The notes below the pieces were generated by a model that saw only the letters and a program-made list of their open reading frames with translations, made no database searches and was not told where the DNA came from. The position numbers were made by a program, and so were the translations under genes. A DNA stretch of 64,000 nt, taken from NCBI GenBank assembly GCA_030704615.1, contig CM060731.1:88660001-88724000 (forward strand), given 5' to 3'. Position 1 is the first letter of the stretch. Every line of letters begins with the position of its first letter. Source of the DNA: Takakia lepidozioides (lineage: Eukaryota; Plantae; Bryophyta). This document shows, in pieces, positions 1 through 11,398 of the stretch.

Positions 1-140
1 ATTTGCGACATTTTTTTGGGGACGGGCTTGCGAAGCCCGGACGTCGTAAATTTGGTTTTTTTCCCCGCCCGAAAAGGGTTGTTTTACGACGTCGCGGCGT
101 GGCCGCGGCGTCGAAACCCCCCCCCCCTTTTCCTATAGTG
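1..140. mobile_element. Right terminus of a CACTA (En/Spm) DNA transposon inserted into the gypsy integrase
   Basis: Ends ...CCCTTTTCCTATAGTG (reverse complement CACTATAGG) after GC-rich subterminal repeats (CGACGTCG-like). Gypsy sequence resumes at about 141. Confidence 0.6.
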
Positions 141-3100
141 GCTACTGTTGCCGGTTCCTCAACGTCTTGGGCGGCCCAATTTGTCGACACCAGAGGTGTT
201 TTTCCATAGACCAATACGAAAAAGGAAACTCCCGTTGCGGAGTGTTTTGTGTTATTATAACAGAACTCTGCCGCGTCCAAGTGCTCCACCCAGTCCGATT
301 GGTCTGCCGACACGTAATTCCGTAAGATCTGCTTCACCACGAGTTCACCCTTTCCGTTTGGCTGTCCGTCGTAGGTCGGAAGGTGGTGCTCATCTCCCAT
401 TTTCTTCCAAAGTGCCCTCCAAAATTTACTTGTAAACTTTGGATCGCAGTTCGAGACAATATCCTTCGGGAGTCCATGATGCTTGAAGACGTGGGCGAAG
501 TAAAGTCGCCCCATCTCCTGTGCCATTAGCGTCTCCTTGGTGGGAATAAAATTGCCCATTTTACTGAACCTATCCACCACCACCATGATTGCATCGAATC
601 ATTTTGACAGCGGCATAGCAGTCATGAAATCCATCGAGACACTTTCCCAAGACCCCTCTGGAATCGGCAAGGGTTGTAACAGCCCCGCTTGCTTTTTGTA
701 CTCGCTCCGGTTTTGTTGGCATGTGGTGCATGTCTTGACATACTCCTTGGCCTCCTCCCTCAGTTTGGGCCAGAAATACTCTTTCTTTAAGAGTGTCGCG
801 GTGCGCTTGGCTCCGCCGTGGCCCACAAGTGGGCCATCATGGCATTCTCTCAAGAGACTATCTCTGATCCCTCCCTTCGACACGTAGAGATGCTTTTGCT
901 TGTATCAGAGTAGTCCCTTTTGCACGTAGAACTACGATTTAACCCCCATCCTTAAGTCCCGCATCACGGACCTCGTCATCTCATCCTTCCGGTAAGCCTT
1001 CCGGATCTTCCTTTGGAGCGCCGTCTCGCTCCTGTACACCAACATGAGCTGCTGCTTTCTACTTAAAGCATCGGCCACCACATTGTCCCTTCTCGGTTTG
1101 TACTGGATATCCACGTCGCACACCGCCAAAGTGTCTTGTCACCTAAGTTGTTTTGGGGACAACTTAGGCTGCGTGGCAAAATACTTCACCGTAACATTGT
1201 CTGTGAATACCTTCACCGGGATGGAACCAACATAGTGGCGCCAAAGCTCAAGGCAATGCACTACCGCCTTTATTTCTTTCTCGTGCGTAGGCCACCTTCG
1301 CTCCACTTCATTCAGTTTCTTACTTTCGTAAGCCACTGGACGTCCATTCTGCATAAGCACACCCCCAATTGCGAAGTCCGACGCATCCGTATGAATATCA
1401 AATGGACGGTCGAACTCCGAGATTTTAAGAACTGGAGCTTCCGCCATCCGCTGCTTCAACTCGGCAAAAGCTTGGCCACAGAAGGTGTTCCATACCCAGA
1501 CTTTGCACTTACACAGGAGGTCTGACAGCGACCCCGCGATCTTGACGAAATTTCTCACATACTTCCGGTAATAGGAGGCGAGTCCCAAGAAGGATCGCAC
1601 TCCCGGGACCGAAGTCGGAGGCTCCCAGTCCAAGATCGCCCTCACCTTTCTGTCATCCATTTTGATCCCATCCTGTGTAATCACATGCCCCAGGAACTCC
1701 ACTTTTGTGACCCCGAATTCGCACTTTGAAGCTTTGGCATACAGCTACTATTCCCGCAATTTCTGCAACACCCTTTTGAGGTGCTCCAAGTGCTCCTCCT
1801 TTGTTTTCGAGTACACCAAGATGTCGTCGATGTACACGATCACAAAGTCATCCAACCACTCCTGGAATAGGTTGTTCATTAGCATGCTAAAGGTCGCGAG
1901 TGCGTTGGCGAGCCCAAAAGGCATCACCAAGAACTCATATGAACCATATCTTGTCATGCACGCAGTTTTTTCCTCATCTCCTTCCGCCACTCGAATTTGA
2001 TGATAGCCGGAGCGCAAATCGATCCGGCTAAAATACTTCGCTCCTGCCAACCGATCAAAAAGGTCATCGATCCTTGACAAAGGGTACCGGTTTTTGATAG
2101 TCGCCTTATTCAGAGCCCTGTAATCGACACACATTCGCAGGGTCCCATCCTTCTTGTCTGCGAATAGCACCGGGGCTCCGTAAGGTGACTTACTCGGCCG
2201 GATGTACCCTTTTGACATTAGGTCCTTGAGCTGAGTCTTCAGCTTGACCAACTCTCTGTGGCTCAACTTGTAGGGCACCTTGGCAGGCGGCTCCGCTCCC
2301 GGTATCACCTCAATCTTGTGGTCAATTCCTCTTCGCGGTGGCAAGCCGCTTGGTAAATCCTCCGGCATCACATCCTGGTATTTCTCCAAGATCCCCTTGA
2401 TCCAATCTGGGCTCGGCTCCCTATCACCTTCTCCCTTCACTTGTCTTACGTAAAGCAAAAACTGGGGCTCATGTGGCTCCTCCACGGCCCAGTCCCTTGC
2501 TGACAGAAGGTTTATTCGCCCTCCCACGGGTTTGGGCGTTTCCGACACTCGTAAAACTTCGCCACCATTCCCACACGGTAGCGTGACTACTCTCTTGCGG
2601 CCATCTATGACCGCTCCGGATTTGCTCAAAAAGGTCATCCCCAAAATGAGATCCACGCCATCGATCTCGCAAATGGTGAAGTTCTCATGTCCCTCCCAAC
2701 TCCCCAGTTGAAGAGGAACATCGAACGCCAACCTCGTCGCCAATTGTGGTTCTCCTTTGGCAGACTTCTGATTTCGGACGCCCTCAAAGGAGCCGGGTTC
2801 CTTAGGCTTCATCTTAAACTTTGCCTTAGTGGAAGTTGCATTAGCCGCCTTCAACACGTCTTTCAACGTCCCGCCAAACTGCGCCAACAACCCTTCCCAA
2901 AAGGCTGCTGGCATGGGAGACATCTATTGGTTTGTCGGAGCTCTCAAGAATTCACAGATTCCTCCCATTCTTGAGCGGCCTCATTTTCAAAAGCATGCAT
3001 CGCTTCCTCAAATGGCCGCTTTGGTGACACGTCGCCCCCATCAGGCTCACCAGGATCATCATCTTTCGGGTCGTTCCGCTTTCGCTTTGGCTTGCCCGAC

Positions 3101-3146
3101 CCCATGATGAGGCCATTCCCAAGGACGATTGCGTACTGAACTCTAA

Positions 3147-3158
3147 GCTCTGATACCA
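3147..3158 (-). promoter_or_regulatory. Primer-binding site for tRNA-iMet
   Basis: Minus strand reads TGGTATCAGAGC, 2 nt inside the LTR end. Confidence 0.9.
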
Positions 3159-3160
3159 AG

Positions 3161-3886
3161 TGTCGCGTACCTCACTTCGGTAAGTTCCCCTTCAAGTCAT
3201 AGTTACTCGCTTTGATGCGCGCGCCTAACTCCCAACCTGGCCGCCGAGCCAACTTAGAGCTTCGGCTGCTCACCGGGACATAACGGTTCCCCTTTACTCT
3301 TCCAAAAGACCCTCCACCAATTTGGGCCTAATGGAAATTCCCTTTGGTAGATGGCAGTCCAGAATAGCTCCCCACTCCTTGGTCGCTTTCCGGCTCGCTC
3401 GCTTACTCACTAGTTTTTGGTCACCAACGGGCTTGCACCGTTCTCGGGGTTACTACTCCCTATATATACTTCTGTGACTGTCCGCGGGGGTTTCACAAAC
3501 AACCCTGCCATTTTATGGCGAACCACCACGAAGACCCTCGACTCCCGGTGATGAGTCGCGGTGAGTCTTGGCCCACCCACCACGGCCCCATTGGACCGTG
3601 ATGAGTCCCAAGACTCCCCACGACTCCCACCACAAGGTCTCCGCCCCATGGTGAGTCCTATGCCACCCCCACTACGTCCCGCTAAGCTACCACCACCCCT
3701 TGTGGAGCCACCCCCACCGCAACCCGGTGTGCGGGGCTCCACCTAGTGAGCGCCTCCGCCTTCTCAAGTGCCTTGGGCACTCAAGGGTGCTTCAGCCCCC
3801 CGTACCTATTGCTGCCACTGCCCCCACCATAGGGGCAGCCCCTCTTGCGTCGCGACCCCCTGCCCTCAAGGCACAGGGCCGCAACA
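3161..3886 (-). repeat. 5' LTR of the first gypsy element
   Basis: Termini TGTTGCG...CGCGACA on the minus strand, followed after 2 nt by the PBS. Confidence 0.85.
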
Positions 3887-4329
3887 CATGTTATGCCGAC
3901 GACACCACCCTCTTCCTCAAGAATGATCAACACTAGTCTAACATTGACAATGTTTTCTCTACTTTGAATTCTTTCTGCCTGGCCTCTGGTTTTGAGGTCA
4001 ACTGGCGTAAGTCCAAAGGTTTATTATCTCTTCCATCGGCTTCTGGCCCCACCCATCTTCCATATTTGGGCATTGATTGGGGCTTGTCATGGTTACGGAT
4101 TGGTGAATCCCATTCGTTGTTCGGCCACCTGATGGGTCATTGTCTTTCCCTGGAGCAGCCAATCCTAGCTCGTCTCAAGTCTAAACTCTCTTTCTGGTGT
4201 TCATCTAGACTAACCTTGGCTGGTCGGGCTCTTGTGGTCAATCAAGTTCTGGAAGCCTCCATTTCGTTTATTGCTTCTATGTGGTTCCCCCGGGCCTCTA
4301 TCTCAAAAAAATCAAAGCTTTAATTTGGA

Positions 4330-5313
4330 GAGAGATGACTCCGGCCGGGGCCGGCGTAACTAAGAGCCACTTGGTCTTGCGGTTACTGCCCCCTTTCGGG
4401 GGTGGGCCCTATATAAAATAGTGGGTGCCCGGAGGGCACCCTGTAACCAAGGGAACATGTATTGGGGGGTACCCCAGGGGTATCCGGGGTATTAAAGGGC
4501 CAAAGAAATATGGCCTCAAGCTGCATTTTGTTGGTGATAATAGCAGTGAGGGAGCGTAACGCAGTCAGGTGGATAGCTTTGAAGCATTTGTGTATAGGGG
4601 AGATAGGAATTTTGAAGTTTTTGTGAAGAGTAGAGATACTAGCATTGTGGATACCGCCTCTGGTGCCAACGGTAATGACCGTTAGGGGGCCGGTGAACCA
4701 GCCATGTCGACGGATGGCTAGGATGAGTGGGACGTATTTTTGACGTTTTTCCAGTGTGGAGGAGGAGGGGTAACGGTCATTATAGTATGTGAATTCAATA
4801 AAATGTATGGTGAGGTTTGGAGATGGGGCGTTTATGGGCAGCCCGTGTATTAGAAGTATGTATGGACATAGTTTGGCAGGACATGTGCAGGGTGGGGGTG
4901 ACTGGCAAGAGCATGGTAGAAGCCATGAGGGTATAGTGTAGTCAGGGGGTTTGCCCTGGTAGGTCCCTGCATTGATGAGTGAAAACCAGCGTGTTTCAGA
5001 TCGGCGTAAGAGTAGCTTATGGATGTGCCAGACGACATGGTTTTGTCGAGTGACACAAAGGCCATGACGGGATGTGTGCATTAGCTGAGCAGGTGGGGCC
5101 AAGTGTCGCGAGCCGAGTGGGTACTAGCATAAAATGGACAATTTGGGGAGGGAAAAAGGCGGTGCCAAAAGATGTGCTTACATTGGTGGCCCATGTATTG
5201 TCTGAATTTGAGGGTCTGTCTTATTTGGGCATCTGTGACGAGATTAGTGTGCCAGAAGTGATTAGATAGTTTATGGTGTTACAGTACCTCGGATTGCGTC
5301 CATTTCTGGATGT
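4330..5313 (-). mobile_element. 5'-truncated non-LTR retrotransposon with CCHC knuckle and restriction-like endonuclease (Dualen/RandI-like)
   Basis: 12-bp TSD CTTTAATTTGGA at 4318-4329 and 5314-5325. Minus strand encodes SNHFW...LKFR.QYMG...CPFY...DTWPHLLS*C, then RQNH (RHN-like), PYILLI (PD-like), IEFTY..D, EKRQKY, GW and ITVGTRGGI. Short TC-rich 3' tail. Confidence 0.75.
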
Positions 5314-5463
5314 CTTTAATTTGGAACTTTCGTTGGGGAGCAACTGATGTTGTTGTATCTCTCAGGGCCTTGGTCTCTTGGTCTTAGCTCTGCCAGGAAA
5401 AAAAAACTTGGGGGGCTGGGTATCCTTGATCTTGACTATCAGATAATGGCCCTTCTTGGTAAG

Positions 5464-6069
5464 TGTCAAAGATGAGAACATGACTGAACACAAACAAGAT
5501 ATCAGACTAGAGATACAAGACTAGACAAGAAGTCAAGGCCGGCGTGGCTGAATGCATGATGGGTAAACATGAATCAAGATGATTTTTATAACAATGAACA
5601 AGAGTACAAGATACTGGAACTCGACTCGAATACTGGAATGCTGGAAACTGGACTCGGGTACCAGATACTGAAAACTGGGCTAGAGTACTGGAAGCTGGAC
5701 TGGAGTACTGGGACTGGGAACAAGAGTAGCTCGAACTTGTGTTGGCGAGACTGAAGAGTGTCCAGTCTCGCCTCCTATATATATTGGCTACTAGGAAGTT
5801 CCCTAAGAAGCTTTTCCAATGGAGGTTTCTTGATGGAGAAGTTTCCTTAACCAAATGAGGTATATTGATGGAGAAGTTTCCTCCAAAGGAAGCTTCTTGA
5901 GCAGTTTCCCAAGTTACTCTCGGTAATTTGGTAAACTCCCGGTAACTTGGTAACTAATTGTAACTAATGGTAACTTATGATTAAAATCATGGTAACTTTT
6001 GATAACATGGTAACTTGGTAACTTCTGGTATTTACTCTTAGTAAGTTCCTCTAGACAATGTCCGTGACA
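5464..6069 (-). repeat. 3' LTR (internal CTGGA- and GGTAACT-type short repeats)
   Basis: Near-identical to 8970-9577. Confidence 0.93.
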
Positions 6070-8969
6070 TCACCCCTCCTCTAGCGCCGAGTTCCTCGAG
6101 GAGCGGTAAAATCTTGGATTTACTTAGAGTTGGAGAAAATCCTAAATCCGGCGAATGGTGCTTGCCAAGTATTCGACTCTTCGTTCTTGACTCAAATGAT
6201 TTATAGGTCCCTGCAACCATCGATAGTGTCCAACACCTTGAACTTGGGACCACGCAGTGATTGGAGCATTCTGATTTTCGAAGCTGCCTTCAAACATGAT
6301 TTCGTTGTCCTCTGGGTTCAAAGCCTCAACCTCCAACAAGATTATCAGACTTCGAGTAGGCTCTACTTGCCGTCGTATGGGGTCCAGACGAGGAAGTACG
6401 CGTCGCATTGGTGGCTCATCGTCTCGAGAGCGTCGGCGTGATGTTGAAGATCGTGAAAGTCGGAACGGCTGATCTGGTAGTTGGGTAAGCGACAACTCCA
6501 ATGTATCTGGTTCATGTGACTTCATGTTGTCAATACAACATGCAAGAGTGCTGGAAGTATAACTATATATACTGATGTGTGGTGCTCCTCCCTCCTTAAC
6601 GTGTATCAGATACACTGAATATGAAGTCTTCATCTTGAAGCTATCTTGGCTAACATCATCGTTGTGGCGTCTTATTAACGTGTAACTCGGGGCTTAGCTG
6701 GATATCATTGAAATTCAACCTCAGATTGATGGAAAAGACATTTTTCAAACTTGGCATATAATCCTCTTTCTCTTAATTTATCAAGGACAAGGCGTACATG
6801 GTGGCCATGTTTTTCTTCATTATTTGAAAATATCAAAATGTCGTCCAAATATATAACTACAAAGTCATCTAAAAATTCTCAAAAGATGTTATTCATCATA
6901 TGCTGAAAAATTGCTGGAGCATTTGTTAGACCGAAAGGCATAACACTATATTCTAAATGTCCATACCTTGTTCGAAAAACTGTTTTCCATTCGTCTTCTT
7001 CTTTTATCCGTACAAAGTTATAAGCTCATCTCAAGTCAATTTTGGTGAAAATCTTCACTCGTCCCAGCTGGTCGAGAAACCCAGAAATCAGCGGCAACGG
7101 ATAGCGATTCATAATTGTGACTTTGTTGAGACCGTGATAGTCTACACACATGCGTAATGATCCGTCATTCTTTTTCACAAACAAGATAGGCGCCACCGCA
7201 GGTGATTTTGAATGTCGGATGAAGTGCTTCGACAAATTTTCATCAATGTATTCGGTCGATGTTCTGGCAATATGTCTGCATTTTTCTTCTCGAAGACATC
7301 CTTGAAATCTTGATATTGAGTGGGTAATGTTGAAGTACTTTTGTCTTTGTGGTCTTGATCGGAGTCGCATAAAGTGCAAATGTCGCATCATTTTTGGTAG
7401 ATCTCATGAAAGTTCTAGCTTCAAGGAACAGGGGTTGAATACCTTTGATATTTCTACATTTTTGTCTTGCAAAAAATTTTCGCGATCGCCAGTCGATATC
7501 AGGATTGTGAAGTACGAACCAAGGAAGTCCAAGGATCACAAGATTCGTTGTAGACTGGATGACGTTGAAAATGATGTGTGATGCTTGATCTTTAAGCTTC
7601 ACTTCAAGTGGTCGAGTTTCATGGTTAACATCTCCCGATGCTAACGGTCGTCCATCGATGACTTCAACGGGGGCCGATAGTTTCTTCTTTACGAGCGTTA
7701 AATTGTGTTGCTTCGCAAAGTTTTTGTCAATAAAACATGCTGAAGCCCCTGAGTCCAAAAGTGTTTCTACAGAGATATCTCAGTTTTAAACTCTGATTTT
7801 TACCGGAACTGTGAAGCAAGGTGTAGGGTCTGGGAGGTAGAAATAGACCTTTATTCGGTGAGGAATTTGTGGTGTCCAGCCGCATGGTTCCTACTGAGAC
7901 TGGACATCTTCGTTTTTCAACCTCCTCGTATCGAGCACTTGAGTTGCGCCCCGAACTTTGAATCTTCTCTTGTTGGGGCAGTTTAATGCTATGTGATCTT
8001 CTTCTCCGCAATAGAGGCATAATCCATTCGAGCGCCGTCTTTATTTTTCTTGTGGTGTCAATGGCTTGAATCGGACAACATCAATCTACATAGGATCACT
8101 ACCGGATGTCTGATAGATCGTTGTGTTTGGTGCCATAGTAGCAGCGGCATGATGCGTCGTCGACCATCCAGATCGCTTCTCTTGACGTTTTTCAAACAAA
8201 CGATTATCGCATGCAATGACTTGGATGATGAATTTACTCAGGGTGCTCACGTTTGGCATTGTTAGCGACAAATCTTTTACATCCTCTTTTAACCCACATT
8301 AAAACTGACTAATGAGGCTCTTCTCATTCCAATCGAGGTCGCACGCAAGTTGTCGAAATTCGGCAGCATAAACGGAAGCAGGACGTGCTCATTGTCGAAG
8401 ATTTCACATCTTTGTCTCTGCAACTCTCTCTCTATCATTCTCTCCAAACGTTGCAGTGAACTCGGACATGAACGCTTCAAAATTGTATAGTAAATGCGAT
8501 TTTTTTTCTAATAGCGGTGCAAACTAAGATAGGGCAGTGCCTGATAGAAGAATGCCCACGAATCCCACTTGAATACCTTCATCGGAGTAGCATTGTGGAT
8601 GTAGTCGTAGGAACAGTCATACTTGTTGAACAAAATCGCGAAATCTTGATCTCGTCCCATCAAATTTTTTGGGCATGCTGATCTTTGGTTCTCTCGTAAT
8701 CTGTTGAAGAGGAACCGTTGCAGTAGGAGCTGTTGCAGTAGGGACTCGTATGGTTGAAGATCCATTGTTCGACTCCTTTAACTTTGAAATTTGTTGTTGC
8801 AAATTGTGGAGAGCGTTGCCAAGATGTTGAGACTGATCAGCTTGTAATTGGGCGGTAGAGGTACGAAATTCTTGCATCTGGAGCTGAAGACTCTGCAATG
8901 TGGCGACCATTTCCGCAAATGTGTCTTCCATCTTAATGAACTAAGGAACAAACTTTAGTCTCACCAAAC

Positions 8970-9577
8970 TGTCAAAGACGAGAACATGACTGAACAAAAA
9001 CAAGATATCAGACTAGAGGTACAAGACTAGACAAGAAGTCAAGGTCGGCGTGGCCAAATGCATGATGGGTAAACATGAATCAAGATGATCTTTGTAACAA
9101 TGGACAAGAGTACAAGATACTGGAACTCGACTCGAATACTGGAATGCTGGAAATTGGACTGGGGTACCAGATACTGGAAACTGGGCTAGAGTACTGGAAG
9201 CTGGACTAGAGTACTGGGACTGGGAACAAGAGTAGCTTGAACTTGTGTTGGCGAGACTGAATAGTGTCCAGTCTCGCCTCCTATATATATTGGTTAATAG
9301 GAAGTTCCCTAAGAAGCTTTTCCAATGGAGGTTTCTTGATGGAGAAGTTTCATTAAACAAAGGTTTATTGGTGGAGAAGTTTCCTTAACCAAATGAGGTA
9401 TCTCGATGGAGAAGTTTCCTCCAAAGGAAGCTTCCTGAGCAGTTTTCCAAGTTACTCTCGGTAATTTGGTAAACTCCCGGTAACTTGGTAACTTATGGTA
9501 ACTTATGGTAAATCATGATAACTTGGTAATTTCTGGTATTTACTCCTCATAAGTTCCTCTGGGCTATGTGCGTGACA
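8970..9577 (-). repeat. 5' LTR
   Basis: Near-identical to 5464-6069; followed on the minus strand by TGGTGAGACTAAAG (putative PBS). Confidence 0.93.
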
Positions 9578-11398
9578 GTAAGTGGATTCCTCGGTCTTTT
9601 TCGCCAGATGCAGGTCCTTAGATATTTCTTATTTGGAATCATTTGGCCGCTGCAACACTAAATGCTAATCCCCTATGGAGTAACTTTTTGCGTTGGCTCT
9701 CACAAGGTGTACTCTCAACCGTAAACCTGTCAATGGCTCATCGACTTAGCATTCTATATGGGGTGCCTGGGTAAAAGTCAGAGAGTTTCTGTACCACCGC
9801 CCTCCTGGCTGCTAGGAAGAGGTAATGAGACAACCTTTACTTGGGAATCTACAGCTTGATGATGAGGCTCTGGCCAATTGCTCCCTACCCTGGGCCTGTT
9901 GGGAATTTGCAGGTTTAAACTTAGTGACAAACATTTGGTCAACTGACACTCTCTCTCTCCGCGCCCCCCTCTTGGATTTTGCTGGGCCCCCGTCTTTCTC
10001 CTGCCTCTAGTCCTGCATTTCCTCCAACGACGCAACGGCGTGAGCTCACGCTTACGCAGGAGTGACGTGTACGCTCACGCCAGCTGACGTGGCGTAAGCG
10101 TGCACCTATGCTGACGTGACGTGAGCGTGATGTCATCAAGCTGACATGACGACAAATGCTGATGTGGCATTGCGTCGTCATCTGCCTGGCTATTCTATCA
10201 GCTATCAGCCATCAGTCATCAGCCATCAGTGTGACGTGGATGCGGAAACGGCGGCCACGTGGCAATATAATATATTTTTCTCGGGCTGCCCGTAATTGTA
10301 TGCTTGGATTTGTAAGAAACAATAATGAAAAATGACACGGGATTGTACTGACACGCCACCATTGGCTGCCGAAGGTGGAGGCTGAGCGGAGAACATAAAG
10401 GTAAAAACGAAATAATTGGATGTCGAAAAACAAAAAAAAGAAAAAAAGAAAAAGAAAAAGATATTGACTTCTAACATGGAAGAATTCTATACGAACGTGG
10501 AAGAATTTTGCATGTTTTTTAGCCATTTTAATCTCTCGCTTGGATTATCGTATGCTACGAAAATGTCCAGGGATACTGGGGAAATATATATATATTTGTT
10601 GGACCTAAGTTGAACGAAGGTGGCTCTTCTATCCTGTATAAGGTACAATTCGCTTTTTGGAATATGATCTTATATTCAATTTCAAACTCTAAAATTTATT
10701 TTTTTCCGGGCAGGTTCGTTGGGCAGATTGAAATGTTCTTGTTCACCTTCGTTGACCTTCGTCACTTGATAGAATTGCGTTGGTAACTGACAGAATAGGA
10801 GCTCTCTCACGTCAGCATGAACATGCGGCGCCTATAACCGAGGATGGTCCTATGACCGTGGGATTAATGCAGAGAATCGTTGGTTGAATACAATTAAGAC
10901 TACCACGAAGCCTACAACTGTAGCATCCAACATTGTGCAATTACAATTGTTTGTTTCACTATTACAATTACAATGACGACAAAATATTCTCACAACGTGT
11001 ATGCCATAGAGGCTGCCATGGAAAGACCCTGCTCCCTCCCCAAATAACAATGAGAGTTGGGATCATCTTCAAAAGATGATTACAGTGCATAGCAACAGGA
11101 GAACATGTAGACTTCGAAAGGTACAATGATGCGGGTGCTTTTAAAAGTTACCACTGAGAGCTCACTGGGTATAGTATAATGGAGAGATAAGGGATGTCAT
11201 ATCATTGCACCGCCGACGATGTTGCAAATGAATTCAATTGAATTGAATTTCAATGACAATGTTGCAAATTGCACATTTCACAGCATGGTCGTCCACATAC
11301 CAGATTGCATATTCACAATCCATAAAAACTAGATTTCAGATTGCAGATTCCAGATTGCACATTCATCACATTCCAGATACACGAAGTGATAGTGGATG

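Larger units (their letters stand above)
141..3886 (-). mobile_element. Degenerate Ty3/gypsy LTR retrotransposon (5' LTR, tRNA-Met PBS, deleted gag/PR, RT, RNase H, integrase)
   Basis: RT ([24 protein letters not shown]) in ORF 1748-2923; RNase H (TDASDFAIGGVL) in 1139-1702; integrase HHCC and core in about 300-883; several premature stops. The gag N-terminus is fused to the C-terminal half of the protease. Confidence 0.95.
5464..9577 (-). mobile_element. Ty3/gypsy LTR retrotransposon with both LTRs but an internal deletion (Tcn1-like chromovirus)
   Basis: LTRs at 5464-6069 and 8970-9577 (TG...CA); 5-bp TSD GTAAG at 5459-5463 and 9578-9582; PPT next to 6070. Gag (EPKISMPKKFDGTRSRFRDF), protease (DSGASACFID) and RT (LRMCVDY, YLDD) are present; RNase H and integrase are absent. 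Confidence 0.93.
3887..9945 (+). mobile_element. Decayed L1-clade LINE ORF2, split into pieces 3887-4329, 5314-5463 and 9578-~9945 by younger insertions
   Basis: YADDTTLFL at about 3892; ASGFEVNWRKS and RLTLAGRALVVNQVL. After removing the inserts the frame reads KIKALIWNFRWG...GGLGILDL...ALLGKWIPR. Confidence 0.85.
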
